A stretch of DNA of 64,000 bases from Macrostomum lignano (lineage: Eukaryota), in assembly GCA_002269645.1 (NCBI GenBank), contig NIVC01002067.1, positions 143,383-207,382 on the forward strand. Direction: 5' to 3'. A program made the position numbers and the translations under genes. Shown here in pieces: positions 12,951 through 26,700 of the stretch; position 1 is the stretch's first letter, and each line of letters starts with the position of its first letter. The notes beneath the pieces were generated by a model. The model searched no databases and had not been told where the DNA came from. It saw only the letters and a list, made by a program, of their open reading frames with translations.

Positions 12951-13447
12951 GCTTGGCTAATCCAGTGTTTCTTAGCACAACTACAGAAACAACTGCAGTG
13001 CCATCTACAACTACTGTTGGTACTAATAGTAGTACCACTGGTGCTACTGAGACTACAGGTACTACCAGTGTCACTGGCACAACTGGAGTCACTGGCACAA
13101 CTGGAGTCACTGGCACAACTGGAGTCACTGGCTCTACTAATGCTACTACTGAAACTACCAATAGTACTACTGTTGGGCCAAGCTCTACTACTAATGACAA
13201 CTCAACTATTACTACTAGCAGTAGTATTAGTAGTAGCACAGGTAAATCTAGCACCACCAAGGCTCCAAGCCATTCCACTCCTGGAGATGCTACAACATCA
13301 GCCGGTGGCCAGAATGCTGGCGGTCGTTTCGATGCCGGCTCATTCTTTGGCGGCATTGTGCTTGGCCTGGTCTTAGTTGCTATCGGCATGTTTGCCTACA
13401 GGATCTATAAGAATCGTTCTGGCCGAACCAACTACAGTCAGATGTGA
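12951..13447 (+). CDS. CD164/porimin (TMEM123)-family sialomucin, exon 2
   Basis: Thr/Ser-rich stalk, family motif FDAGSFFGGIVLGL (CD164 has FDAASFIGGIVL), TM helix, basic stop-transfer and a C-terminal YxxPhi motif YSQM. Confidence 0.9.
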
Positions 13448-13689
13448 TGGAGCTCGATTGAGATTCTATGCGTAAAATCGATTGATTTCATTGTGGTGTG
13501 AGCGAACGATTATAACTCACCTTTTTTTAAACCAAAAATTGTTTACAAATAAGCTTGCCTTCACAAATTTTAATTTTTTCACTTTTCATCCTTGTAGTAA
13601 ACACTACAGTTGCAAATGCTGCATTATTACTGTTAGTAGAACACATGGTGTATTTTTGAAACATTTTATAATCTTTCTGATACTTCAGG

Positions 13690-14480
13690 TAGTGTCACAA
13701 TCCTCGCAGATACTTCAATGGGTGGTCACAACCCTACATTCCTGACACTTCAGATAGTGTCACAACCCTGCATTCCTGACACTTCAGGTAGTGTCAAGAT
13801 CCTGCATTCCTAATACTTCAGGTTGTGTCACAACCCTACATTCCTGGTACTTCAGGTAGTGTCACAACCCTACATTCCTTATACTTCCGGTAGTGTCACA
13901 ACCCTACATTCCTGGCACTTCAGGTAGTGTCACAACCCTACATTCCTGGCACTTCAGGTAGTGTCACAACCCTACATTCCTTATACTTCCGGTAGTGTCA
14001 CAACCCTACATTCCTGATACTTCAGGTAGTGTCACAACCCTACATTCCTGATACTTCAGGTAGTGTCACAACCCTACATTCCTGATACTTCCGGTAGTGT
14101 CACAACCCTACATTCCTTATACTTCAGGTAGTGCCACAACCCTGCATTCCTGATACTCCAGATATTGTCAAGATCCTGTATTCCTGATACTTCAGGTAGT
14201 GTCACAACCCTACATTCCTGATACTTCAGGTAGTGTCACAACCCTGCAATTCCTGATACTTCAGATATTGTCAAGATCCTGCATTCCTGATACTTCAGGT
14301 AGTGTCACAACCCTACATTCCTGATACTTCAGGTAGTGTCACAACCCTGCAATTCCTGATACTTCAGGTAGTGTCACAACCTTACATTCCCGATACTTCA
14401 GGTAGTGTCAAAACCCTATACTTCCAATGTTTCAGGTAGTGTCACAACCCTATACTCCCAATGTTTCAGGTAGTGTCGCA
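13690..14480. repeat. 34-bp minisatellite, about 22 copies
   Basis: Unit CTTCAGGTAGTGTCACAACCCTACATTCCTGATA, just downstream of the sialomucin stop codon. Confidence 0.95.
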
Positions 14481-15173
14481 ATCACACTACCCTGATCCTT
14501 CAGCTGAGCGCCGTATTTCTTCGTGAAAATGTCTTCTTTGAATGAATGATTGTCTTCCCATTTTTCTGTTTATCTTGTTTATTTTTCAATACCAATTTAT
14601 TCGAGGTCTAGAATTATATATTTATTCCAGCGCTGCTCAATACTACTATTTTACAATATTATAATATATATATATAAAAGTGCTCTAAAACGAATTAATG
14701 GCTTCAGTTTATTGTGTTTTCAAAAGTTCTATTGACTGTCTTTATCAAATAATCACAACTGCACAGCTTTATTCCAGGTCGAAGTTTATATAGTTATGGT
14801 CTACAATCATATCAATAGCTTTAATTGCGGCTTTAATTGTGTTCTTCCCGCCTTATAAAAATTGTTTTGATTAATTTTATTGCGTTGATTGATATAGTGA
14901 ATCTCATCTATATTTATTGGCCATGTATCAGCTGTGAAGGCTTTAATCATTAGTAGTAGTTATTAAGCTAACTTATATTATTTTGCTGACAATATATCGC
15001 CAATGTTTACTCCGCCAAGCTGGACTTTTTGGTATCTTAAGATCGCGTTTATGATTGTTTGGGTTCATTATTACCATAATATGCATGCACTGTGCACTGC
15101 GTTGGTCTTCTGGTCTTTCGTTTTTTTACAAGTCCCCCGGCCGGATCCTCAGTTGCTGGGCCAGACTCCCAGA

Positions 15174-16720
15174 TAGGGGGCGACCCAGTCCCGGGCCTGG
15201 GCCCGAAAAGTCGGGAATCCCGACCAAAATCGTGGCCCGACCCGGGCCCGGGCCCGACCCTAAAAAAGTCGGGAAATCGGGACAAGTCTTTTTTCCCTAA
15301 AGGCACTAACCGCGTGCGAATAAGAATAAAATTATTTTTATTCACAGCACAGCACAACACTCAGTTAAGCATCGCATCAGCACTCAAGACTCAAGCACTG
15401 CACGACTGCAGTAATAGTAATAGATGATATGATGTGAAGTAGCAATATCATTGATTTGTAGTATGCTCTTAGCGTGAGCGTCTGTGACTGTGACCGTGAG
15501 CGTCAGCCACAGCCAGTTTCCACTTTCCAGGAAGATCGGATTTTTTCCAGGAAGATAAAATTAAAACATAGTTTTGCAATACTTTTTGCAATATTGATTA
15601 CACTTTACACGCTGCAGGCTGCAGCCTAAAAGCAAAAATATGATTCTTAAAAAAGTTGATTTGTCAATTTTAAGCTTTTGTAAATAACATTTCCTATTTA
15701 CGTTCCAAGAAGTACCTATTAAGGGCCAAGGCTACCATTTTTCCAAGAAGTTTGCTATCTGTCAGAGTTTGTAATCGTGTTCATATTTGTATTGTATTCG
15801 TAGGTAGTTGTAGTCGTAGACTCATAGTATCATATTCGTAATCATATTCGTTTAGGTAGGTAGGTGAGCAGGTAGGCAGGTATCAGCTAATTACTTGTAT
15901 TTCCATTGTCTGTTTGCCTGTTCTGTTGAGACAGTTGAGTGTTGTGTTGTGTTGTCACTTCACTTGTGTTCTGTTCTGTTGTCTTGTCTTGTTGTCTTAT
16001 TGAATACTGACTGTGTACATGGCTCTTTACATTGAAGCTATGTAAAGGAACTAAAAATTCAAATAAAAGAATCAATCAATTGATTTGGTTCTTACTTCCT
16101 TATTGCTTCCAATGCCAAGTGCCTTACACTTAATGCTTCAGCTTTTCTTCTTTTTGCTTACTGCCACTGCCAGTGCCAGCCGCACTACCGCAGTGCCTGC
16201 TTGCCTACCTCACTGCCTATTAGTGTCACTGTCACTGGCACACACACAGTACTTGTGCCACACAGTGACATTGAATTTGAACTATTGGGTATATTGATAT
16301 TTGAGTATTAAGTCTTTTAATGTAACTCTTATCTATTCTGAAGTCTTAACTAATGTATTAAATAAAAATAATATTTATTATATTATATATTTAATATATA
16401 TTTAATTTAATATATTATATTTATTATATTTATATATTATTATATATTCAATATATTTATATATTATAATATATTTAATGTTTATCATATATTTATTATA
16501 CATCTAAAATATATTATAAGATTTAATATATCTATATATTTATTATATATTTAATAGTAATCCGCATATGCTAAAAGTATTAAGATTTATTATGATTTTT
16601 TTTCCAATTATTGAGCTGTCCTAAAGATCTTGTCCCGAATTCCCGAGGCCCGACCCGGGCCCGAGTCCTCATTCCCGGGCCCGACCCGGGCCCGACTTTG
16701 GCTGTCCCGGTCGCCCCCTA
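15174..16720. mobile_element. Non-autonomous hAT-superfamily DNA transposon (1547 bp)
   Basis: TIRs TAGGGGGCGACC / GGTCGCCCCCTA, longer imperfect GGGCCCGA-rich subterminal inverted repeats and a perfect 8-bp TSD CTCCCAGA (15166-15173 and 16721-16728). AT-rich interior with no transposase ORF. Confidence 0.9.
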
Positions 16721-17212
16721 CTCCCAGATCCTCGTTGCTGTGCTAGCCTCCCAGATCCTCAGTTGCTGGGCCAGCCTCCCAGATCCTCAGTTGCTGGGCC
16801 AGCCTACCAGATCCTCAGTTGCTAGGCCAGCCTCCCAGATCCTCAGTTGCTAGGCCAGCCTCCCAGATCGTCAGTTGCTAGGCCAGCCTCCCAGATCCTC
16901 AGTTGCTAGGCCAGCCTCCCAGATCCTCAGTTGCTGGGCCAGCCTCCCAGAGTGTCAGTTGCTGGGCCAGCCTCCCAGATCCTCAGTTGCTGGGCCAGAC
17001 TCCCAGATCCTCGTTGCTGTGCTAGCCTCCCAGATCCTCAGTTGCTGGGCCAGCCTCCCAGATCCTCATTTGCTGGGCCAGCCTCCCAGATCCTCAGTTG
17101 CTGGGTCAGCCTCCCAGATCCTCAGTTGCTGGGCCAGCCTCCCAGATCTTCAGTTGCTGGGCCAGCCTCCCAGATCTTCAGTTGCTGGGCCACCAGCCTC
17201 CCAGATCCTCAG
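16721..17212. repeat. 28-bp minisatellite, about 17 copies; its first unit (15143-15173) is split off by the hAT insertion
   Basis: Unit GATCCTCAGTTGCTGGGCCAGCCTCCCA on both sides of the transposon. Confidence 0.95.
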
Positions 17213-17575
17213 TTTGCGTTGCACGAAAATCTCATTAATAGCTAAGAACTGAAAAACACTCTTGTGTTTTTATATTTAGCTTTTTTAATCAAGTTTTTAA
17301 TAACAGTTAATAAAAAATTCAGAAAACAAACAAGCATTCTGTCTAGAGCGACAGACCTGTACATCTTTCATGTACATATTGATTCCTGTCTTGGTTATTA
17401 TGAAATAACTTAGCGCGTGTAACGAAACTACGAATATGTTTATATTGACATCATAGGCCTAAATTCGTTATTGATACCGCGTACAGCTAAAGCAGATGCA
17501 CGCTGTCTATTCCAGTGAGTTTTGTGCACAATCGATGCGTGCAGTACATATACTTTATTGGGCAGGATTAATAAA

Positions 17576-17700
17576 TTAATTAGGCAGTTCGTTTTCAGTA
17601 GCATGAAATCCGTCATTGGATCTGCCTTCATTCTGATTGGTCGCTGTGACGGCCAGCGGCTTAGGATCCCCCTTGACAGCGGCTTTGCTGGACCCTGGGG
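17576..17700 (-). CDS. RPTP-B terminal exon
   Basis: TTTTGTCAG|CC CCA GGG... PGSSKAAVKGDPKPLAVTATNQNEGRSNDGFHATENELPN*. Phase 1 matches the previous exon. Confidence 0.65.
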
Positions 17701-20700
17701 CTGACAAAATTAAAGTTTTGAAAAATTCTAAAAATTGCGTGTGTTGGCTTCTTGGGAAAATGTCTGGGCAAGTATAATCAATTAGGAACCCGTTAGGAAT
17801 CATCGAAGATGAAATTCCCACAGTGTCTAAAATGGAACCCAGCACAGTGTCAAAAATGGAACCCATAGTTTCTAAAATGAAATCCACAGTGCCTAAAATG
17901 AAATCCACAGTGTCTAAAATGGAATCTACAGTGTCTAAAATGGAATCTACAGTGTCTAAAATGGAATCTACAGTGTCTAAAATGGAATCCACAGTGTCTA
18001 AAATGGTATCCATAGTGTCTAAAATGGTATCCACAGTGTCTAAAATGGAATCCACAGTGTCTAAAATGGTATCCACAGTGTCTAAAATGGTATCCACAGT
18101 GTCTAAAATGGTATCCACAGTGTCTAAAATGGAATCCACAGTGTCTAAAATGGAATCCACAGTGTCTAAAATGGAATCTACAGTGTCTAAAATGGAATCC
18201 ACAGTGTTTAAAATGGAATCCACAGTGTCTAAAATGGAATCCACAGTGTCTAAAATGGAATCTACAGTGTCTAAAATGGAATCTACAGTGTCTAAAATGA
18301 AATCCACAAGGTCTAAAATGGAATCCACAGTGTCTAAAATGGAATCCACAGTGTCTAAAATGGAATCTACAGTGTCTAAAATGGAATCCACAGTGTCTAA
18401 AATGGAATCCACAGTGTCTAAAATGGAATCCACAGTGTCTAAAATGGAACCCACAGTGTCTAAAATGGAATCCACAGTGTCTAAAATGGAATCTACAGTG
18501 TCTAAAATGAAATCCACAGTGTCTAAAATGGATCTCAGTGTCTAAAATGGAACCCTACCGTGTCTAAAATGGAACCCACAATGTCTGAAATGGAGCCCAG
18601 CACAGTGTCTAAAATGGAACCCACAGTGTCTAAAATTTAACCCACAGTGCCTAAAATGGAACCCACAGTGTCTAAAATGAAACCCACAGTGTCTAAAATG
18701 GAATCCACAGTGTCTAAAATGGATCTCAGTGTCTAAAATGGAACCCACAGTGTCTGAAATGGAACCCACAGTGATTAAAATGGAACCCAGCACAGTGTCT
18801 AAAATGGAATCCACAGTGTCTAAAATGGAATCCACAGTGCCTAAAATGAAATCCACAAGGTCTAAAATGGAATCTACAGTGTCTAAAATGGAATCCACAG
18901 TGTCTAAAATGGAATCCACAGTGTCTAAAATGGAAACAGTGTCTAAAATGGAATCCACAGTGTCTAAAATGAAATCTACAGTGTCTAAAATGAAATCCAC
19001 AGTGTCTAAAATGGATCTCAGTGTCTAAAATGGAACCCTACCGTGTCTAAAATGGAACCCACAATGTCTGAAATGGAGCCCAGCACAGTGTCTAAAATGA
19101 AACCCACAGTGTCTAAAATGGAACCCACAGTGTCTAAAATGGTATCCACAGTGTCTAAAATGGAACCCAGTACAGTGTCTAAAATGAAATCCACAGTACC
19201 TAAAATGGAATCTACAGTATATAAAATGGAACCCTACCGTGTCTAAAATGGAACCCACAATGTCTGAAATGGAACCCAGCACAGTGTCTAAAATGAAACC
19301 CACAGTGTCTAAAATGGAACCCACAGTGTCTAAAATGGAACCCACAGTGATTAAAATGGAACCCAGCACAGTGTCTAGAATGGAATCCACAGTGTCTAAA
19401 ATGGAACCCACAGTAACTAAAATGGAACCCAGCACAGTGTCTAAAATGGAACCCACAGTGTCTAAAATGGAACCCACAGTGTCTAAAATCGAACCCACAG
19501 TGTCTAAAATGAAATCCACAGTGCCTAAAATGAAATCCACAAGGTGTAAAATGGAATCCACAGTGTCTAAAATGGAATCTACAGTGTCTAAAATGGAATC
19601 CACAGTGTCTAAAATGGAATCCACAGTGTCTAAAATGGAATCCACAGTGTCTAAAATGGAACCCACAGTGTCTAAAATTTAACCCACAGTGCCTAAAATG
19701 GAACCCACAGTGTCTAAAATGGAACCCACAGTGTCTAAAATGAAACCCACAGTGTCTAAGCATCTCAGCCACATGCACACTGTTCTGCTCAGTACAGTGT
19801 AAACTTACGATCACCAATAGGCTGGGTGTAGCTTCGCTTCTCCAAGTAACTGACCAGGAATCTGTAGATGAAGGCGAGCTGACCCTAGGGTGCAAGCATG
19901 AGGTTTTTGTTGTGTCATGACACACTCGAAACTCCATGACCAATTTTCTAAACCTCCCTAACCAGTTTTAAATCTGATGACCTACTTCGAAAGTTTGAAT
20001 GACTCACTGGAATGTAAGCTAGATGACCATTTCCACTCATGACCTTTTTTACCCTATACATGTACCTTTGACACCCACGGTCATAATCCTCCCAAACTTA
20101 TATGACCTTTTCCACCATCCACGGCCTCCATGAATCCAGGCTTTACCTGGGTCTGCACCGTGACCCCAAATAAACCCTCACCTTGGTCTGCACCATGACC
20201 CCAAACCCTCACCTTGGTCTGCACCATGACCCCAAATAAACCCTCACCTTGGTCTGCACCATGACCCCAAACCCTCACCTTGGTCTGCACCATGACCCCA
20301 AACCCTCACCTTGGTCTGCACCGTGACCCCAAACCCTCACCTTGGTCTGCACCATGAGTTTGCGGCAGGCCCGCAGCTGCATGACCGTCTCAAACACGTT
20401 GATGGTTTTGGCGCCGCGCAGCTCCAGCGAGCGCACCAGGATGTCCAGCGCGATCAGGGTGCCGGTCCGGCCGACCCCGGCGCTGCAGTGCACGAGAATC
20501 GGCGGCTCGTCGTCGCTTCGCCTCAACTTCGGCGCGTAGCTGCGCATCTGGGCGAGGAAGTCGGCGAGGTCGTCGACATTCGGCACGTTGTAGTCAGCCC
20601 AGCCCAGGTAGAAGAGCTGCACCACCTGAAGCGGCTCCGTCTGGTTTCTACGCAGGTTGGAGGGGTTGGAAATAAATATTTGCAGAAAGGCTCGTACACA

Positions 20701-23700
20701 CGCTCACACAGGGGGTGTGCCCTTATGAGTGTGAACCGCACGTGCACACACACAAGCCCCAAATGAATGTGGCCACGCAAGGAATAGAACCAGAGTCTGT
20801 TCGCCTGTCCCCTCGGTGGCGACGTCTCAGTCTTTAATAGCATGATGATTTTTATGTAGCATGATGAAGAAATGACACCAAAAATAGACTATTAGTCTAT
20901 AACACTCGTACACTCGCAAGTCTTGCAAATCATCGTTAGCCCAAAAATAAAGATTGGCTCAGATTACCTAGAAGAGTAAATAGGACTTTTCGATCCGATT
21001 AGAAACACACACTTAGAAGAGTGGAACAGCGTACCTGCCCCAGCAGAAATACTTGGTATGTAAATTCGCTATTAAATATACACTTTACCTGTCGGCACTG
21101 CACGTGACCAGCATTTTCCGAACCGTATAAGTACCCAATGAACTTTCGCTGTCCAATACCACTTTGATGTCGTCGTAATATTCAGATTGGCCAACAGTTA
21201 CTGGCCAGAAACGCTCGCATTTCTTTTTCTCGCCTTCGAGGCACTGGGTTAGGGTTATAATGAGAGTCACCTTGTGCTGGTAGATCATGCGCCAGTGATC
21301 GTCTAGTGTGCCCGGCAGGGGGCCTTGGCTGGATATGAACTCTCTCTGGCGGTCCAGGCCCCTGATTTGAGGATGGGTGGGGTTGCAACTTCACTTGCTT
21401 TTTAGAAAACTTTGGAAGGCTGATTTTTTACGCAAAAAATGTACACACTTACCCCATACATCCAGCTCACCTAGTTCACTCTCCTAGTCCTATAGTGTAC
21501 ACCTAGTTCACTCTCTTAGTCGTATAGTGTACACCCAGTTCACTCTTCTAGTCGTATAGTGTACACCCAGTTCACTCTCCTAGTCGTATAGTGTACACCC
21601 AGTTCACTCTCCTAGTCGTATAGTGTACACCCAGTTCACTCTCCTAGTCCCATAGTGTACACCCAGCTCACTCTCCTAGTCCTATAGTGTACACTGTGTA
21701 CAGTATGCAGTTAAAACTCGACCATTCCTTGTAATTTATATCTACGTGAACCAAACTGCATAACAAGCATGAATGTACACTGCTACAGGTACGCACCTAC
21801 CCCTCTTCACCTCACCTGATGTAGTTGGCATTGATATAATCATCTGGAGCCAAACCCGGGCCTTCGTAGTCGGATTCCAGAGTCACCCGAGTATGATCGT
21901 AGGGCAGGATGTCCGTGTACCTGTTCTTAGCCCTGTTGCAGTCTTCCACAGCCGCATCGCAGGTGAACTTGTAGTGCTCCAACGCTGCGCACTCTTCCCG
22001 CATCTCTTCAAACTGCTGGTGAACCCCCAGCTCGCTGTCTCTCAGCATTGAAGCCGCGTAGAAACCAAACTCTTCAACTGCCACCCCGAGGCTTTCTAGG
22101 CGTCTTGGGAAAATTGAGATGCAGAAATAATTAAGGCTGGATCTTGTCAAGGACTCAAAAGGGAATTAGATGCTCAAAAGAAGCTTATCACAACTCACTG
22201 CATGGGAATATCTCGCGATTCCAGCCTTCCGCCTGAGGCGCCCATTCCAAGAAAGTGACGTCTTAAAAACAGCGACGCTGTCACGCCGACCACTGCAATA
22301 GCTAGAAACAACATTGTGCCGGTGAGGCCGACAGCCAATAAGCTAGAAGATACTCGTACCTCTGGTTCCGGTGTAGTCCTCACCTGGAATTGAGGCCATG
22401 TTGGGATGTTCGTTGGGATTTGGATTAGGAACATATGCCAGAAACATACGCTTAGTTTACACCTAAGAATGTTTAACAACTATAGCAAAACACTTGTCTA
22501 ACAGTTGTGTGCCTGTCTAACAGTTTCTAACTAACTAATAACGTGTCTAACTGTTGACATTGACCTGTCTAACACAACAACTGTAGCAATAACATAGGCA
22601 GTGTCCTGTCATCCATCATAATATTTGTCTAAATTTAACATCTATATCTTTTTTACAGTAACTATAGCAAAGTGTGTATCACAGTTTAAAACCATTCAAA
22701 GAAAATAATTTTAACAAAAAAGAGATTATAAACTGTAATTAGGTATTTTCTTACCGAAGCCCACTGCACCTCGGACGCCTGGTTCTTGTAGACAGCCCAG
22801 TAGGTCAGGTTGTATTCGAAGCCCGGCATCAAATTGTAAAATATGATTTCACAGAAATGTTTTCTAACAACACAAGAATAATTTTGTTTTTCACCGGATA
22901 ATCGTGCTTCCATTCGATAAGAAGTAGTTCTCTCTTTGAAGGACGCAACTAATCTTCGACTGTCACTCGACTGTCTGTTCAGCGTTGGAGATTGCGGCTC
23001 TGTGGGGAGAATTGGTGCATCGAATTTTTTGTTTGAAACATCATTAAAGCGAATAGCTAATCATGGACCAGAGGAGTCCGCAGAGCAGCAGCATGCAAAT
23101 TCTGCAGCAGAAGTTCTGGTGGCAGAAGAAGCCGTGTTGGAATTGGCGCTGGATATCATCGAGGAAAACAGGCCCAGCAGCGCCCTGGTTGGCAGATGGA
23201 CTTAGAGCAGATTGCGATGTGGAATCTAAGGAGTGGAGTCGCTGAATGATGAGAACAATGCTGTAAACTTCCTCCAGCTAGCCAGCTAGCCTTCCTCTGA
23301 CCCAAAGCAGGTCTGGAACACGATCAAATGCCTCAGCAACGGCCAACAAGCAGCCCAGCCCAACGAGAACCTGGTGGTTGACAACCGAGAACTCTGCACT
23401 GACAAAGACAAATTCAACGCCTTCGGCTGCTACTACGAGAGAATCAGCACGCTGAAGCACGACGCCACTCACCGCAAATTCAAGGTGAAAACGGCCAACC
23501 GCGCCTCGCCAACTATTCTGTCAATGACGACAACTACCGCCGTGATTTCACCGAAGGCGAACTTTGCAGAGAAGTCGACCGTCTGGACCCGAGCAAGAAG
23601 TGTAGCCTGGACGGCAGAGAAGCGGCTCTTTTCCTTCATCTGCCCGACAATTGACGCTCTCCTTGGCTCAAGTCTTTTTTCGCTGCTGGCGCACCGGCTC

Positions 23701-26700
23701 CCCGGCCCTCTTCTTACTTTACGTCAACGCCTGGACGGAGTTCACGACGCCAGAAGTTGAATACAGCGGGTATGCCGACGACATCGCCTTGTGGTCCACC
23801 GGAAGAGACGTCCGCGCCATCTTGGATCGCATCCAGGACGCTCTCCAGCGGATCGAGAAGTGGGCTGACTTCCTGCGCGTCGATCTCAACCCAGCCAAAA
23901 CCGAATGCTGCCGCCTCTTCAGTAGAGACCGTGCCGACCGGGATCGCGCCCTCCTCTATCGCTGTACGGCCACGGTATCCCACCCCTAAGCAAAAACTGA
24001 AGTTCCTTGGGGTCTGGATCGACAGAGGACTTCTGTTCGACAGGCACACAAACACGGTCAAGGACAAGATGCAACGCAGAACAGCAATCATCCGCGCCCT
24101 TGCGCACTGGGAATGGGGCTGGGACCGCCCCCTGCTCCTTCGGGTCTACCGCGCCCTCCTCGAGTCGGTGGTCTAGCATGCCGCTGCAAAAACCCGCCTC
24201 GACGACCTCGATCGCGCTCAGAGAGAAGCGCTCAGGACCTTTACCGGGCTGCCTCGCTCTACTCCCGTCGAAGCCATCTACCTTGAGGCGAATGTCCACC
24301 CAATCAGTCTCTTGCTGACCTACGAGAAAGTGTCCCGCCGCCCCATCGACGACCCGTTTCGGCGAATCTGCGATAGGCACCTGAACATCCGTCTGGCGGC
24401 TAACAAAGGCCTTCGCGAACAAGCCAGAGCCTGCTGCAATGCCATGGTCGCTCTGCCTCGTCTGCCTTTTCCTCTCATCTGCCATCCTTCATGGGACTCT
24501 CTCATCGATTATGTAGTCCATCTGTTTACCAAGCTCCTGGAGTTCGAGGGCCCCGCGTCCGCGGCAGTGCTCTCCGCCATTGAGCTGCGCTGCCCCGCCT
24601 CGTACTGCCATCCTGGCGGACAGTCAGAGCGCCAGCGTCATCCAAGCGGACCAGCCCACGCTGAACTCCAGGCTCGAGACCGCTAAAGCTCTCCTTACTC
24701 AAGCGGCTCGCCGTACTCAGATGACCCTGCAGTGGGTGCCCGGGCACTCAGGGGTGCACGGCAACGAACTGGTCGATGCCGAAGCCAAAACCGCCGCTGC
24801 AGTCTGTCAGGAACAAGTCGAAATTTCGCCTCTAAAAAACGTATATCGGTCACCACCTCAAGTACCAACCCGGCCTGCACGGTCACCTGGAAGTGTACCG
24901 GCCGTGACCCGGTCTCGCTCGCGCCCGGTACTCGCCGGCAGCAGATGCTCGCCTCCCAAATCAGATCCGGCTGTCCCGAATCGTCCTACTACCGCATTGC
25001 CGAGAGGGGGAACCCTGTCGTCTCTGCAACCAGCCGGCCGAGCAATTCCTTATTCTGTGCGTGTCCGAAGCTCGATACTACCCGACGCATCATCGGCGTC
25101 ACTTGTCTGCGCGACTTAGCACAAGGGGACGTGGTGGCACAGCTCTTGGGGGCCATCTACTGGCGGCCCCTCTGAGCTCACCAACGCATTCAACAACAAT
25201 AACATCAGCAACAACACCAGCAACATCAGCAACAACACCAGCGACATCAGCAACAACACCAGCGACATCAGCAACAACACCAGCGAGAACACCAGCGACA
25301 TCAGCAACAACACCAGCGACAACACCAGCGAGAACACCAGCGACATCAGCAACTACACCAGCGAAGCAACAACACCAGCGACAACACCAGCGGCAAACCA
25401 GCGAAAACACCAGCGACAACACCAGCGACAACACCAGCGACAACACCAGCGAAAACACCAGCGACAACACCAGCGACAACACCAGCGAAAACACCAGCGA
25501 CAACACCAGCGAAAACACCAGCGAAAACACCAGCGACAACACCAGCGAAAACACCAGCGACAACACCAGCGACAACACCAGCGAAAACACCAGCGACAAC
25601 ACCAGCGACAACACCAGCGAAAACACCAGCGACAACACCAGCGAAAACACCAGCGAAAACACCAGCGAAAACACCAGCGACAACACCAGCGACAACACCA
25701 GCGAAAACACCAGCGACAACACCAGCGACAACACCAGCGACAACACCAGCGACAACACCAGCGAAAACACCAGCAACAACACCAGCGACAACACCAGCGA
25801 CAACACCAGCGAAAACACCAGCGAAAACACCAGCGAAAACACCAGCGACAACACCAGCGACAACACCAGCGAAAACACCAGCGACAACACCAGCGAAAAC
25901 ACCAGCGACAACACCAGCGACAACACCAGCGAAAACACCAGCGACAACACCAGCGACAACACCAGCGAAAACACCAGCGACAACACCAGCGAAAGCACCA
26001 GCGAAAACACCAGCGACAACACCAGCGAAAACACCAGCGACAACACCAGCGACAACACCAGCGACAACACCAGCAACAACACCAGCAACAACACCAGCGA
26101 CAACACCAGCGACAACACCAGCGACAACACCAGCGACAACACCAGCGACAACACCAGCGAAAACACCAGCGACAACACCAGCGAAAACACCAGCGAAAAC
26201 ACCAGCGACAACACCAGCGACAACACCAGCGACAACACCAGCAACAACACCAGCAACAACACCAGCAACAACACCAGCGAAAACACCAGCGACAACACCA
26301 GCGACAACACCAGCGACAACACCAGCAACAACACCAGCAACAACACCAGCGACAACACCAGCGACAACACCAGCAACAACACCAGCAACAACACCAGCGA
26401 CAACACCAGCGACAACACCAGCGACAACACCAGCGAAAACACCAGCGACAACACCAGCGAAAACACCAGCGAAAACACCAGCGAAAACACCAGCGACAAC
26501 ACCAGCGACAACACCAGCGACAACACCAGCAACAACACCAGCAACAACACCAGCAACAACACCAGCGAAAACACCAGCGACAACACCAGCGACAACACCA
26601 GCGACAACACCAGCAACAACACCAGCAACAACACCAGCGACAACACCAGCGACAACACCAGCAACAACACCAGCAACAACACCAGCGACAACACCAGCGA

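Noticed and set aside
17701-19760. Long ORFs (ILDTVDS)n and (MESTVSK)n
   Set aside because: By-products of a 21-bp intronic repeat. Only 17576-17700 is supported as an exon.
23050-23280. Possible transposase or exon fragment
   Set aside because: No recognisable motif or consistent splice sites in any frame.
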